Assembly (NCBI GenBank): GCA_008690995.1
Contig: VRMN01000003.1
Coordinates: 186,001-250,000 of the forward strand
Length of the DNA: 64,000 nucleotides
Origin: Porphyridium purpureum
Taxonomy: Eukaryota
Direction: 5' to 3'
Translations under genes and position numbers: made by a program
Notes under the pieces: generated by a model
The model's database searches: none
What the model was told of the DNA's origin: nothing
What the model saw: only the letters and a program-made list of their open reading frames with translations
Shown: one piece after another, positions 1 through 11,592 of the stretch
How the letters are laid out: each line of letters begins with the position of its first letter
How positions within the stretch are numbered: position 1 is the first letter of the stretch

Positions 1-281
1 GGATCCACAGAAATCATCGCGTGCAATTTGGAAACATCCTTTCTACGAATCTGTACATCACAACGCTCATCGCGGCCAATAAGGCAGCAGGCCTCGTCCA
101 GAATGAGAGAAGCACCTTTCTCTCCTGGGGGGTCAGTCCGCAGGACCGTGATCACTCCGTATACTGGGCCGTCAAATCTTTCCACCGCACGCTCTACTTT
201 GGTGCCTAACTGCTGTTCATTCTTCTGGTTCGCTCTGCGCTTTCCGCGCAGAGCTTGTGAACGAGAAGCCTTGCCCACCAT
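1..281 (-). CDS. FHA-domain protein, N-terminal part (runs off the left edge)
   Basis: Manual translation from the ATG at 281: MVGKASRSQALRGKRRANQKNEQQLGTKVERAVERFDGPVYGVITVLRTDPPGEKGASLILDEACCLIGRDERCDVQIRRKDVSKLHAMISVD. The GR...CD...SxxH pattern is an FHA signature. Absent from the ORF track because there is no stop in the window. Confidence 0.75.
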   Translation of the reverse strand, partial: MVGKASRSQALRGKRRANQKNEQQLGTKVERAVERFDGPVYGVITVLRTDPPGEKGASLILDEACCLIGRDERCDVQIRRKDVSKLHAMISVD

Positions 282-835
282 TGCGATCTGCTCGCGATGC
301 AACTCAAAATCGTGGCTGGCGACCTCAAGCCTGGTCCAGTCCTTCTAGCGCTCAATACGGTATAGCACGAGGTACCCGATCCAAGCTGGTTTCCTCACCA
401 AAGCAACACCCAAACTCGACACTCACGAGGACCACTCTCTCTTTTCACACCCTCTGCACCTTCCTGGCTGACCGACCTCACTCGCCTTCCTTATATCCTC
501 TCCTTGCCCAGATTGCGCGTGGAGCAACCGGATCTAGTTCAAATGTCTTCATCGTCGTCTTCCACATGATGCAACAGCTAGCGCCGTGCGCCATACGCAC
601 AAAGGACATCATCCAACTCGTGGTTTCATCGCAAAACACGCATCGACTCGTTGCAGTTTCGGTCCTTCTTGCCAGAGCGGCGCGTCCCACGTGTCCCATC
701 TGGTGGTGTCCCGACTGGAGCCGTAACGGTCACTTCGCTGTACACTATCGCACTGCCACGCAGGCGTGTACAGCACTGGGGTACAGTTATGTATCGAGCC
801 CACAACAGGAGGTACAGTGACAGCCTCGAGCGGTG

Positions 836-3106
836 ATGATTTCTGGCGAGGAGACGACGCAGGTGGGTGGTGGCATGGAGCAAGGGGCGCAAGGTGGGGA
901 AGAAGGCCAAGGTGCTTGCATGGCGGGCTCATCTGCAGGGACGGGGAGTCGCGCAGGAAGCGGACGCCCAAAGGAAGAAGAAAAGTGCAATGAGCTGGTA
1001 GCCAGGTCGAAAAGAAGCGGCAGGGGAAAGACGCGGGAGCCTGAAGAAGCGGCGCAGAAGAGAGGTCCAGAGATGAGCGCCCGCGGAGAGTCAGATCTTG
1101 AACATGAAGGGAACGGAGGTTCTGGTAGGCTAGGAAGGACAGTAGTTGGCTCATCCCGGAAGGTTACTCGGTCGCACGGTGACAGTGGCTCGGAAGCTCG
1201 TGGATCGCGTAAGAGGCGTCGTTCTGAGCGCGAAAATGAGCGCAGAAGGTCCACGAACCGTCACAGGAGGGACTCAGCCAAGAATCGCAGCAAAGAGGCA
1301 GATTCGGATTCTGAAGCCCAGTCCCAGTCCCAGTCCCAGTCCCAGTCGCAATCAACGCAGTCCGAATCTGAATCGAGGTCGCGGTCCGACTCAGTGTCAG
1401 ACTCGGAATCTGAGTCAGAAGCAGGCTCACGCACGCGTCGGCGAAGAGCAAGAGCGCAGTCGCACTCTAGCACCGGCACATCTGCTGCCCATTCACGAGC
1501 AAATGATCTTGCAGCGCGCACGAAGCGGGAGCGGGAGCACCGTAAGGGTGAACGACGCGAGGTGAAGCGATATTCATCTTCGGATTTGTCTCGAAGTGTC
1601 GGGGCTACGCGCCGCCGCCACCGCTCCCGTCGAGACCAAAATGCGCATTCCTCTGATTCGTCGCACGGTTCGAGTACTTCCTCGTCGTTTTCTTCCTCTT
1701 CCTCTCGTGCATCCTCCGCATCGGCGTCGGATGCATCTTCGCTCTCATCGCAATCGAGCTCGTACAGCTCTCGAGACCGTAGGAGAAGGAGGCGTTCGGA
1801 GAAACCTCAAAAGAGTTTCAAGCCGCTGTACGAAAAACGGCGCGCGACATTTTGGCACGTGCGGCAGTCGCCGTACGGGTTCCCGCTTCCATCACCTGAT
1901 GCTGTTGCGGAAGGTGCAGGAGTGCGAACGCCGCTGTCGCGCTTGGATAAATTTGATTCTCGGTACGATGATACACCAAGACTTCCGTTGAAGGAAGCAA
2001 GAGATCAGGAAGGAATGATGAGGGCCGACTCTGGGCGAGGCTCCGCGAGTGCGGGCATTTCCGCAGGTGCTCGGGATCAGAACACGCGCCATGCTCGACG
2101 CATATATGTTGGAAATTTGCCGACATCAGCAACAGAACAAACCATTATAGCGTTTTTGACGGACGCCATGATCAGGTCTGGAGGAAGCGAGTCAGAGCGA
2201 GGCTGCGTGCTGAACGCGTACGTCAACTCAGCGAGGCGATTCGCTTTCATTGAATTTCGCACCACGCGCGAAGCCGCGGCGGCTCTTTGTATGGATGGCA
2301 TCTTACTCGAGGGAATGAGCTTGCGCGTGCGGCGGCCGAACGATTTTCTAGAGAGCGAAGTTGGTGTGGTGCATCCGCCGGATGCATTTGACGTCTCAAC
2401 CCTTGGAATCGTCTCCACGATGGTCTCAGAAAGCTCGGACAAGATGTTTGTGGGTGGAATACCGTATCGACTGTCGGAAGATGAAATTAAGGAGCTCCTG
2501 CAGAGCTTTGGACCCTTGAAGTCGTTCAATCTGATCAAGGACTCGAGCACGGGCATGAGCAAAGGATTTGCTTTCTTCGAGTATGAGGATTCATCGATTA
2601 TTGATCAAGCCATCGCGGGCCTGGATGGCATGCGTGTCGGGGACAGGTCGCTGACTGTGCGCAGGTCCGGTGATCGAGACGCGCGTCCTGTTGGCAGCTC
2701 TGCGGGTCCCCCGATCAGTCCGAGTGCGACACCTGTTTCTCAAGACATTGGTGTTCCAGAAAAAGCGAAACCGCCCGCACCAACCCGGGTTCTGGAGCTG
2801 CGGAACATGCTTCGCATCGAGGAACTGAAGGATGACGCGGAGTACGAGGATATTTTCGAGGACGTCTCCGAGGAGGCTAAGAATTACGGGGAAGTGACGG
2901 ACATTTACATTCCACGCCCGCCCCGGGGCAATGGAGCGGGCGGGAGCGAGCCGTCGCCAGCCGGCCTGGGTCGAGTGTTCATTGTGTTCAAGAATGTGGA
3001 AGATTGTGCAAGGGCTTCGGCTGCCTTGAGCGGAAGGAAGTTCGATGGACGGCCCGTCATCACAACGTTTGTTTCCGTGGAAAAGTTTGAGCGACGCGAG
3101 CTGTAG
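836..3106 (+). CDS. U2AF2: Splicing factor U2AF large subunit
   Basis: RS/Ser-rich N-terminus, RRM1 (ARRIYVGNLP...FAFIEFRT), RRM2 (KMFVGGIPY...SKGFAFFEY), C-terminal UHM (TRVLELRNM...GRKFDGRPV). Start codon uncertain. Confidence 0.93.
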   Translation: MISGEETTQVGGGMEQGAQGGEEGQGACMAGSSAGTGSRAGSGRPKEEEKCNELVARSKRSGRGKTREPEEAAQKRGPEMSARGESDLEHEGNGGSGRLGRTVVGSSRKVTRSHGDSGSEARGSRKRRRSERENERRRSTNRHRRDSAKNRSKEADSDSEAQSQSQSQSQSQSTQSESESRSRSDSVSDSESESEAGSRTRRRRARAQSHSSTGTSAAHSRANDLAARTKREREHRKGERREVKRYSSSDLSRSVGATRRRHRSRRDQNAHSSDSSHGSSTSSSFSSSSSRASSASASDASSLSSQSSSYSSRDRRRRRRSEKPQKSFKPLYEKRRATFWHVRQSPYGFPLPSPDAVAEGAGVRTPLSRLDKFDSRYDDTPRLPLKEARDQEGMMRADSGRGSASAGISAGARDQNTRHARRIYVGNLPTSATEQTIIAFLTDAMIRSGGSESERGCVLNAYVNSARRFAFIEFRTTREAAAALCMDGILLEGMSLRVRRPNDFLESEVGVVHPPDAFDVSTLGIVSTMVSESSDKMFVGGIPYRLSEDEIKELLQSFGPLKSFNLIKDSSTGMSKGFAFFEYEDSSIIDQAIAGLDGMRVGDRSLTVRRSGDRDARPVGSSAGPPISPSATPVSQDIGVPEKAKPPAPTRVLELRNMLRIEELKDDAEYEDIFEDVSEEAKNYGEVTDIYIPRPPRGNGAGGSEPSPAGLGRVFIVFKNVEDCARASAALSGRKFDGRPVITTFVSVEKFERREL
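1317..1346 (+). repeat. (CCCAGT)5 coding hexamer repeat giving SQSQSQ in U2AF65
   Basis: Read directly from the sequence. Confidence 0.85.
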
Positions 3107-3908
3107 GCTGTTTTAACTCTTTGACCAGTCCTTCGTTGTCTTCGATTTCTCTTCCGCCCTTACTTGCGAGTCCGTTGTGAACGGTATCGATTTCCCCAAA
3201 AGGTCAGCTGCAAACTTCTGCTTGTATTTCTTGAGGGCTGGATTCTTTTCGACATGGCGTGAACAAGGTGACTAATGAAATTGTTCTTGCGAGTGTGAGC
3301 TCTGAGGAGCGCAACGGAGGAATCGGAGAGTGATTCTGTGTTGTGTTTCATGTTCCTTTTGTTTTCATACGTGTATGGGTCTAAATCGTGTATAATTACC
3401 CGTGCCTGCACATCGACTAGCATTGCGACGAAGCTTGTTATCATCCGTGAAAGAAGGGAAAGAAAAAAGGCGGCGGCGAAAGCAAATCGAAATACCAACC
3501 TTTCCCTCTGCACCTATCTGATAAACCCAAACTGGCTCCCTCTTTCTTTTCGTGTGACTGTCCATTGTCGTTTGCTCTCGGTCTGTCGCGTCTCTTGGAG
3601 CATGCTGACCTTGTGTTGTCTTCGGCGGTTGGATTAGTGAATGAGTTAATGGTTGAGCATCGGCAGATTTTCTCCAGGCCACCAACACACTGATCTCTTG
3701 CTGATGGAAGCAAATCGATGGGCCTTCGAACCCTGAGTCTTCGAGTGACTGCTCCTGCGTCAGCGGCTGTTTGGGCGTGGGTACGAAGGTCCGGGTAGTC
3801 GTGATTGGCAAAGCAGAACGTGCCCACCACTTCAAGCGCAAAGAGCCCCTGCGCGAAAGTCTGGCTTCGCGGGGTGCTAACGATCATTGCGCTCATTGAA
3901 ACGGTGCA

Positions 3909-4334
3909 CTAAATCGCAGTTTTCAACGTAGCATGCTTTCTAGTTACTTTGCCCATCTCCACATGCTCCGCAAACCGCACAGACTTGGAGCGTTGAGTTA
4001 GTGTACTGCAGTACCCGTTTGCCCCGGGAGTATGCATGTTCATGCCTTGGAGCGCCTGAAGCCTCAGCAAGGCTGATTGTCCGTGCGCCTGCGCAGACGA
4101 ATAAAATTTCATGTCGGGGGCGTACATCGGTATCGTTCTGTCTCCAGCGGCATGTCTTGCATTCGCATTCAGTTTTGTGTTGTACACGAGCTCCTCGTTA
4201 TACAGCTCAAAGAGCACCTCTACCTCTTCCTCACGCATCCTTTTTCTTCGGTACCACGCGTACAGGGTGAATAGCGCAAAAGACGCGAGCATGACCCAGC
4301 TGGTCACCAGAATCAGGTTAGTCCAGTTAACCAT
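3909..4334 (-). CDS. Small single-pass membrane protein, unknown function (141 aa)
   Basis: ATG at 4334; N-terminal TM helix (LILVTSWVMLASFALFTLYAWY) followed by RRKRMR; KSVRF near the C-terminus. Confidence 0.6.
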   Translation of the reverse strand: MVNWTNLILVTSWVMLASFALFTLYAWYRRKRMREEEVEVLFELYNEELVYNTKLNANARHAAGDRTIPMYAPDMKFYSSAQAHGQSALLRLQALQGMNMHTPGANGYCSTLTQRSKSVRFAEHVEMGKVTRKHATLKTAI

Positions 4335-6049
4335 GGCGACCCGCGTGGTCGCGTGCGGCGCGCAAAGTCTGCGCCACACAAAGTTCGACGCGTTTCGATG
4401 TCTGCCCGCCCCGGCCCCCGCCACCAGTACTCATACGCGTTCTCCGCCGGGCATGAGCGCCTCTCGGCTTGGCGCGCAGCATGCGTGACGGCGTCTCCGC
4501 GTCTCCCTTTCTTCCTCTTCACACACAACGCGTACCATTGACCTTCGCGAACGCGCCTCGCACTTATGCGGCTCACAAAGGACGCGTACAGCTGCGACCT
4601 TTGTCTGGTCGGTCGTAGCTAGGGTTTCGAAGCTTACAGTCCCCTTCTGGGTGGGGAAATGTTCGGGAAGGTGTACAGTGAGTGTACATTTGCGTGAGCC
4701 GACCAAGTGGATTTTTCGCGCGCACACAGGGAGTCAATGTTTTCGCGGTCGACCACCAATCCACCGGCTTCACCTCACGTGAAGAAATTCATTCCTCGCT
4801 GTCGGAATCAAATGAGGCCAATGCGCCGTTCGTGTTCAGATCATGATCTACCTGCGACGAACTTCTCCAGCGCGCGCGTGCTCAGACTCATTCGTGGTCA
4901 CTTCAGCACGCAGGGAAGACAAACGCCATCATGGATTCTGTAAATGCACGGTTAAGCACCTCGTCAATCTCGCCCCATCACGCAAAAGTCCGTGGATGCC
5001 GAAGACGTGTACTGCAGCAGTGGTATCTTGTGTCCAGCAGCCGGATCGAATGGCGTGGACCAGCAACAGAATCGGAGTTATGCTGCTCTGCCCTGCTGCG
5101 TATTTCCAGGCTTCGCATTTTTGCACCTCGTCGAACCCTTCCAGAATATCGTCCAAATTGAGTTCAAGCAGATTCTTCGACAGGAATACATGCTCACATG
5201 CCATGAGTCAAAGCATCCGTTTTTCCTTCTGAAGGCGTAGGAGACTGGATGCTGCATGCGTCGTGCTTCACGGACGAGCGTCCTCCACGTTGAACCATTA
5301 ACTGCCGCAGTACCGTCATCCCGAAGTTGCAAGGTTTCATAGTCCTGCTAGCTTTTGTGGTACTTTCTCCGCCCGAGCCGTTCTGTGGCGCCGGAATGTT
5401 TCTTGGATTTCGGAAAGGGATTTCGATCCTCCAATCGACGAGAACATACTACTTACTTATCCGAAGAACCCGTTCCCGCACCAACTTGATCGTTATGTGG
5501 CTGCGTAGATACGATCTTCCTTCATAAACAATCATGTCGTCGGTCCGACGTTCAGCAAAAAGTGCCAGCACACGCACTGGATACCGAGGAAAGAGCCTGC
5601 AGCCTACGCCATCGCTTGATCACCACACCACGAATTTTTTTCTCACAGGTGCTGCGGAAATACTCGACTTCGCGATGTGCATCGATCACGCAGGCAGTTG
5701 TCCACTGAATTGCAGGGAAAGGGCCAGTCTGTCAACCATGGGCGCTCACTGTCATGTTTTCTCATCGGGAACAAGCTAAGGCGCGTCCATGCCGCGGACC
5801 TTGAAATGAATACCTTGCCCACTTCCCAGCACCGCCCACTTTCAGTCCAAATGCAACGTTTGATTTTGCACGAATATGAGGAGCATACTGTTTGCTTTCT
5901 TCTTCAAGCCACTTCGACTGCATCTGGCTTGAAGGATGCTGCGAGTTGCTGGCGTATCACGCGTGAGGCTCTCCCGTAGCGTGAATGTGACGGAGTTGCA
6001 ACCAATGACTCTGACGATGAACCGATTTCATTCTGTGAATAAAATAATA

Positions 6050-8455
6050 CTATAAGGGAATCACGTACGGAGCCTCTTCAGGAAGTGCGCCAGAGCCTTC
6101 ATTGCCCTGCTCCTCATTCGAGGCAGAACGCGAGCTCGGACTCAAACTTCTGCCTTCATCATCCAACGGCGCTTCCACGAGCTTGGTGCTCGCGACCTCC
6201 AGGTCAAAAACCTCGTCCGGCTCGCCCCGACACAAGAAGAAGTTAGCAAAGGTCGATGCTTGCCAGAAGTTGGCACGGAAGATATCCACGTACTCCTTCT
6301 CCGATGCAATCACCTCTGTGAATACGCGTCGCTCCTTTCGCAGCACGTGCACGCGAATTGCCTCATTCAGTCGCGTAAAGATGTCGAGCTTGGACTGTGG
6401 ATGATCGATGCGCACACCCACGAGGAGCACGAACACCGTCACGAACAAGAAGCCCACCAGGAGGCCCACCCACGCTGCGTACACATACCCTGCCATCAAG
6501 TAGCCGACGAGCGCAGCCAGAATGCCCATCGACAGTGCGTAAGGCATTTGAGTAATTACGTGCGCCTGCAAATCGCACTTGGAAGACATGGCGGACAGAA
6601 TGGTCGTGTCTGAAATCGCCGTTGCGTGGTCACCGAACACGGCACCGGACAAGATGGCGCTCACGGTCAGAAAGTAAATTTTCTCGTCACCGTCGGACGC
6701 AATCCACGCCGTCGGTGCAGCAATTGGAAAGACAATGCTCATGGTACCCCAGCTGGTACCTGTCGCAAAAGAAATCAGCGCCGAGATCAAAAAGGTCAAT
6801 GTAGGGAGCGCACGCGGGTCCATGGAATCCGAGCTCAACGCTGAAGAGAAAAACACGTCCGCTCCGCAGTCCTGAATGGCCTGCCCAATTGACCACGCCA
6901 AGATGAGAACCAGCACTGGCACCGTCATGCCCTTGACACCTTCAATCCACACGGAAAGCGACGCGTACATATCCATCAGCGGTACCGCGCTCTTGGTGCC
7001 GTCCTCGTTCTTGGGAACGCCCTGGAAACGAATCCAGTACTTCCACTGGTTAAATATCTGACCGTCCTTCTTGTACTGCAGCCGCGCCATGACCCAGATC
7101 ACCATCGATCCAAAGAAAGAGCCCCACAAAATCGAGCCATACGAATCACCTTCTCCGAAAATGTTCGCAGCTGTCAGGTCCAACCCGGCGTCCTTGGCGC
7201 TGTAGTAGCCTGTCAGCATCAGCCCCAACAGCACGGCGCACAAGGTCACCAGAATCGGCACCACACCGTTCCACCACCTACGCGGCGTGTCGTCTTCAGG
7301 CTCCAGCTTGTCATCAATTTGCACTTCCTCCAGGCGCGCGGATTCCGGATTCAGCTGGTGCTTGTACTGCGTGCGGCGCTCGGCCTCTAGCATGGGGCCA
7401 AACTCGCGCATGCTTAGAATCAGCACGAACTGGAGCAGCAGCATAAACATGGGGTAGTAGCGCGACGGGATCGTGTTGATAAACACTTCGTACGCCGACG
7501 ACGGCAAGTTCTCGTACCCCAGCGCCTCGAGCTGCGTCAGCGAGTCCTGAATCAGACCCAGCTCGAAGCCAATCCACGACGAAATGGGCGCAATCGACGC
7601 AATAGGCGCGGTCGTGCAGTCCACCAACGCGGCAAACTTTTCGCGCGCCACCCAGTACAGGTCGGCGATCGGGCGCATGGTGCCACCCAGGATCAACGTG
7701 TTCGCATAGTCGTCAAAGAAAATCACAAAGCCCAAAAAGAAGATGGCCATCTGCGCACTGCGCTTGTTCTTGATGGTCTTAATAATCAAGCTGGCGATGC
7801 CGTGCGCACCGCCAGATTTGCTGACCACCGCAATCAGCCCCGACAAGAACCACGAAAAGAGGATCACAAACGCGTGGTCAATGTTGCCGAGTGATTCAAC
7901 CATGTACGTATCAAGTGTGCGCAGAAAGGCGGTGAGCGGGTTGCCCTGGTAGATGATCATTGCCGCGGTCCACACACCAATCCACAGCGCCCACAGCACC
8001 TCGCGCGTCACCACCGCGACCAGAACCGTGACGGCCGGAGGAATCACTGTCACGCCTCCCGTGACCACCCACGCGTCGTACAGATTACGCGTCGTCCCGT
8101 TCTCAAACTGTTCATTGTAGCTCAGCTCCAGGTCCAACTCGGCCCAGCCGTGCTTGTTCACGTTAATGTCTCCAATCGATCCGGACGTTGCCAGCACGCC
8201 AGTATCAAACAGCGGCATGCTCGAGTTGCTCAACACCTCACCTTGGTACCACACGCGCATGAACAGCTCAGCGGCGTCATCCAGCAGCGCCGCGTCAGAC
8301 GGGTACAGCAAATTGAAGTTGAGCGAGAATGCCACGCCGGTCACGTACGTCTTGCGATTTCCATCGAATTCAGCCTCTGGCACCGCCTGCACCAGGGCGA
8401 GGATGCTCACCAGCATCGCCATCCATACTGCCGCGCGCCATGCTCGCGCCGCCAT
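6050..8455 (-). CDS. NhaC-family Na+/H+ antiporter-like transporter with signal peptide
   Basis: IFFDDYANTL, REKFAALVDCTTAPIAS, SFATGTSWGT and GAVFGDHATAISDTTILSA motifs; many TM helices. Confidence 0.88.
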   Translation of the reverse strand: MAARAWRAAVWMAMLVSILALVQAVPEAEFDGNRKTYVTGVAFSLNFNLLYPSDAALLDDAAELFMRVWYQGEVLSNSSMPLFDTGVLATSGSIGDINVNKHGWAELDLELSYNEQFENGTTRNLYDAWVVTGGVTVIPPAVTVLVAVVTREVLWALWIGVWTAAMIIYQGNPLTAFLRTLDTYMVESLGNIDHAFVILFSWFLSGLIAVVSKSGGAHGIASLIIKTIKNKRSAQMAIFFLGFVIFFDDYANTLILGGTMRPIADLYWVAREKFAALVDCTTAPIASIAPISSWIGFELGLIQDSLTQLEALGYENLPSSAYEVFINTIPSRYYPMFMLLLQFVLILSMREFGPMLEAERRTQYKHQLNPESARLEEVQIDDKLEPEDDTPRRWWNGVVPILVTLCAVLLGLMLTGYYSAKDAGLDLTAANIFGEGDSYGSILWGSFFGSMVIWVMARLQYKKDGQIFNQWKYWIRFQGVPKNEDGTKSAVPLMDMYASLSVWIEGVKGMTVPVLVLILAWSIGQAIQDCGADVFFSSALSSDSMDPRALPTLTFLISALISFATGTSWGTMSIVFPIAAPTAWIASDGDEKIYFLTVSAILSGAVFGDHATAISDTTILSAMSSKCDLQAHVITQMPYALSMGILAALVGYLMAGYVYAAWVGLLVGFLFVTVFVLLVGVRIDHPQSKLDIFTRLNEAIRVHVLRKERRVFTEVIASEKEYVDIFRANFWQASTFANFFLCRGEPDEVFDLEVASTKLVEAPLDDEGRSLSPSSRSASNEEQGNEGSGALPEEAPYVIPL

Positions 8456-9802
8456 CCTGGCTCGTTCTTGCTCTCTGTGCCAAGTCAACTCTTTCTGATT
8501 TGCCCTTTGCCTTCCCGTTGTCTTGACGCTGCGCCATGGCTGACGAGCAGAGTGCCGCGCTCCGCGGCGCCCATTATATATCCAACCATCCTGCCGAGGC
8601 TCCTCCTGCTTCTTCCTCGTCGCCGCGCACCTCTTTCAACGCTTGGCCTCACTCGGGTGCATGCGCGTGTCGCCTCGCGCCGGCTCAGTTTCTCCAATCG
8701 GCTCAACCCCTTAACTGTACCCTACCAAGAAGTCTTGGGAAAACGCAACTGTACACTACTCAAACCACGGCGGCCAGTCGCACGGGATTTTTTTTGGTCA
8801 AGTTTTCGCTGCCAGGCGGCTCAAACCGCAATGCGAACTGACGTCGGAATCAACGCTCGGAGAACGCGCATAACACGAGCCAATGCACCGTGCGAGCCGG
8901 AGCACGCTCTGACCGGCCGCTGGGCTTTATGGTCTCTGGCATGCCCTTGGCATGAGCCGTGCTCGGTTACTCGTGCGGCGCGCCGGTGCGATACTCTGCG
9001 TGTCGCAAGCTGGGGAGCGAATGGTGTGACGAGTGACGCCTGTTGCTGCATGCCCGCACGGCATGGCCACGTTCCTGGTCAACCACACGCACGGTTCTGA
9101 TCCTATTGGTTCTTCCTTACGGGCGCGAGTCGAGTGCTCGCGCATGGGTGTGTGCATTGGCTGGAACATGTCGTACTTTCGTTTCGGGCAAAGTTTGCCA
9201 CGCACGACATTACCATTCGCGCTCGGAACGGAAAAACACATTGCCTACTGAAGAGGCCGAGAAGACTCTAGAGAGCATATACAAACACGGAATTCCGGCG
9301 TCGGCTTTTAGATCGACCAGAACCTACACACACTCTGTTATTTCTCCACATTGGATCGAACCATCACAGCACACGGTTCTGTGCTGCCATTCATCCACAT
9401 GGAGGCTGTCCATAGACAGAAAAAGATGAACTTCCTTGTTGCACAAAGCCGACGCGCAGATGAATCCCACCAGCATAAGCTGTGGAATAGGAGACCCATC
9501 CGCACGAGACGGAACGCGTCGTCGTAGAGAACCAATCAGAATGTATGGAAAGGAAGCCGCACACCAAAAAGAAGCCGAGTGCGTCAACTCAAGCGTATAT
9601 ATTAATTGCTACACAGAAGGAGGTTTCGAAGAACAGATCAAGCACGCTTCTGAAGAAACTCTCAGGTATTGTGGTGCGTAAATACACCTTTTTGGTTCTT
9701 GGAACAGCAAGGCTGCCCTGGTTTTCGTTCCGAAGCATCTGCTTCCCTTCTGCTGGCCTGTTTCGTACTGATGATAGTGCACAGAACAGACAACGCGACG
9801 CT

Positions 9803-10971
<1,169 letters not shown>

Positions 10972-11453
10972 GACGAATGCTCCAGCGGTGTAAATCATCT
11001 ACAGAAAAGAAGAAAATTTTTTAAAAAAAGTGGAAGAGCTGTCTGGAAATAACAGGAGCGCGGTGGCAGCTAGCTGCTGAACGGACCAAAACGGTGTATT
11101 TACGCACCACAATGGTGGGAATACGACGAGAAACGAAGTCAGCAATATCACATGCGGACAAAACAACATCTGACAAATCTGATGCTTTCGATGAAGGTGT
11201 TGTTTAGCAGCCCGATATCGCTGCCGCCTTCACGCCTTCTCCGTCCACACTTCCTCTCTCTCCCTCTCCACTTGCATGAACGACGTGTCCCACGCAGATA
11301 GACATTCATCGAGCGAAAGAGTATTCGCATCGAGCTTTGCAACGCATGAACCCTATCGAACCCTGCACCCGCTCGACCACGAAAATGTCACGTTCTCCAA
11401 AATACGCATATTTGGTTTTATAAACTATAAAATTCCCCTTTCACATATACATC

Positions 11454-11566
11454 GTCCCGTTATTTTAGTGGTAGAATAGCTGCCTTCCACGAGCCAGGAA
11501 AGAAACCTGCTTCGATGTGAGCAGCAGGGCTGGGTTCGATTTCCATCGAATTTCCCGGACGGGATA
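11454..11566 (+). tRNA. tRNA-Gly(TCC) with two introns (11490-11519 at 37/38; 11541-11552 in the T-loop at 59/60)
   Basis: Acceptor GTCCCGT/ACGGGAT+A73; D-loop AGTGGTA; anticodon arm GCTGC-CTTCCA|A-GCAGC; T-arm CTGGG-TTCGAT|T-CCCGG; upstream TATA boxes at 11419-11432; downstream T7/T8 run at 11577-11592. Confidence 0.8.
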
Positions 11567-11576
11567 TGGAGTCAAA

Positions 11577-11592
11577 TTTTTTTGTTTTTTTT
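11577..11592 (+). terminator. Pol III oligo-T terminator of the tRNA gene
   Basis: TTTTTTTGTTTTTTTT starting 11 nt after the discriminator base. Confidence 0.7.

Noticed and set aside
4840..5980. Possible decayed hAT-like transposase tail (LMACEHVFLSKNLLELNLDDILEGF)
   Set aside because: Only a vague resemblance spread across broken frames, and no TIR or TSD found; a tBLASTx or Dfam hit would be needed.
8150..9100. 316-aa plus-strand ORF and similar Arg-rich overlapping ORFs across the window
   Set aside because: Expected artefacts of high GC content; they overlap real genes or promoters and lack domains.
10972..11040. Metazoan-type histone 3' stem-loop
   Set aside because: No GGYYYTT...ARRRCC hairpin found downstream of H3 or H4.
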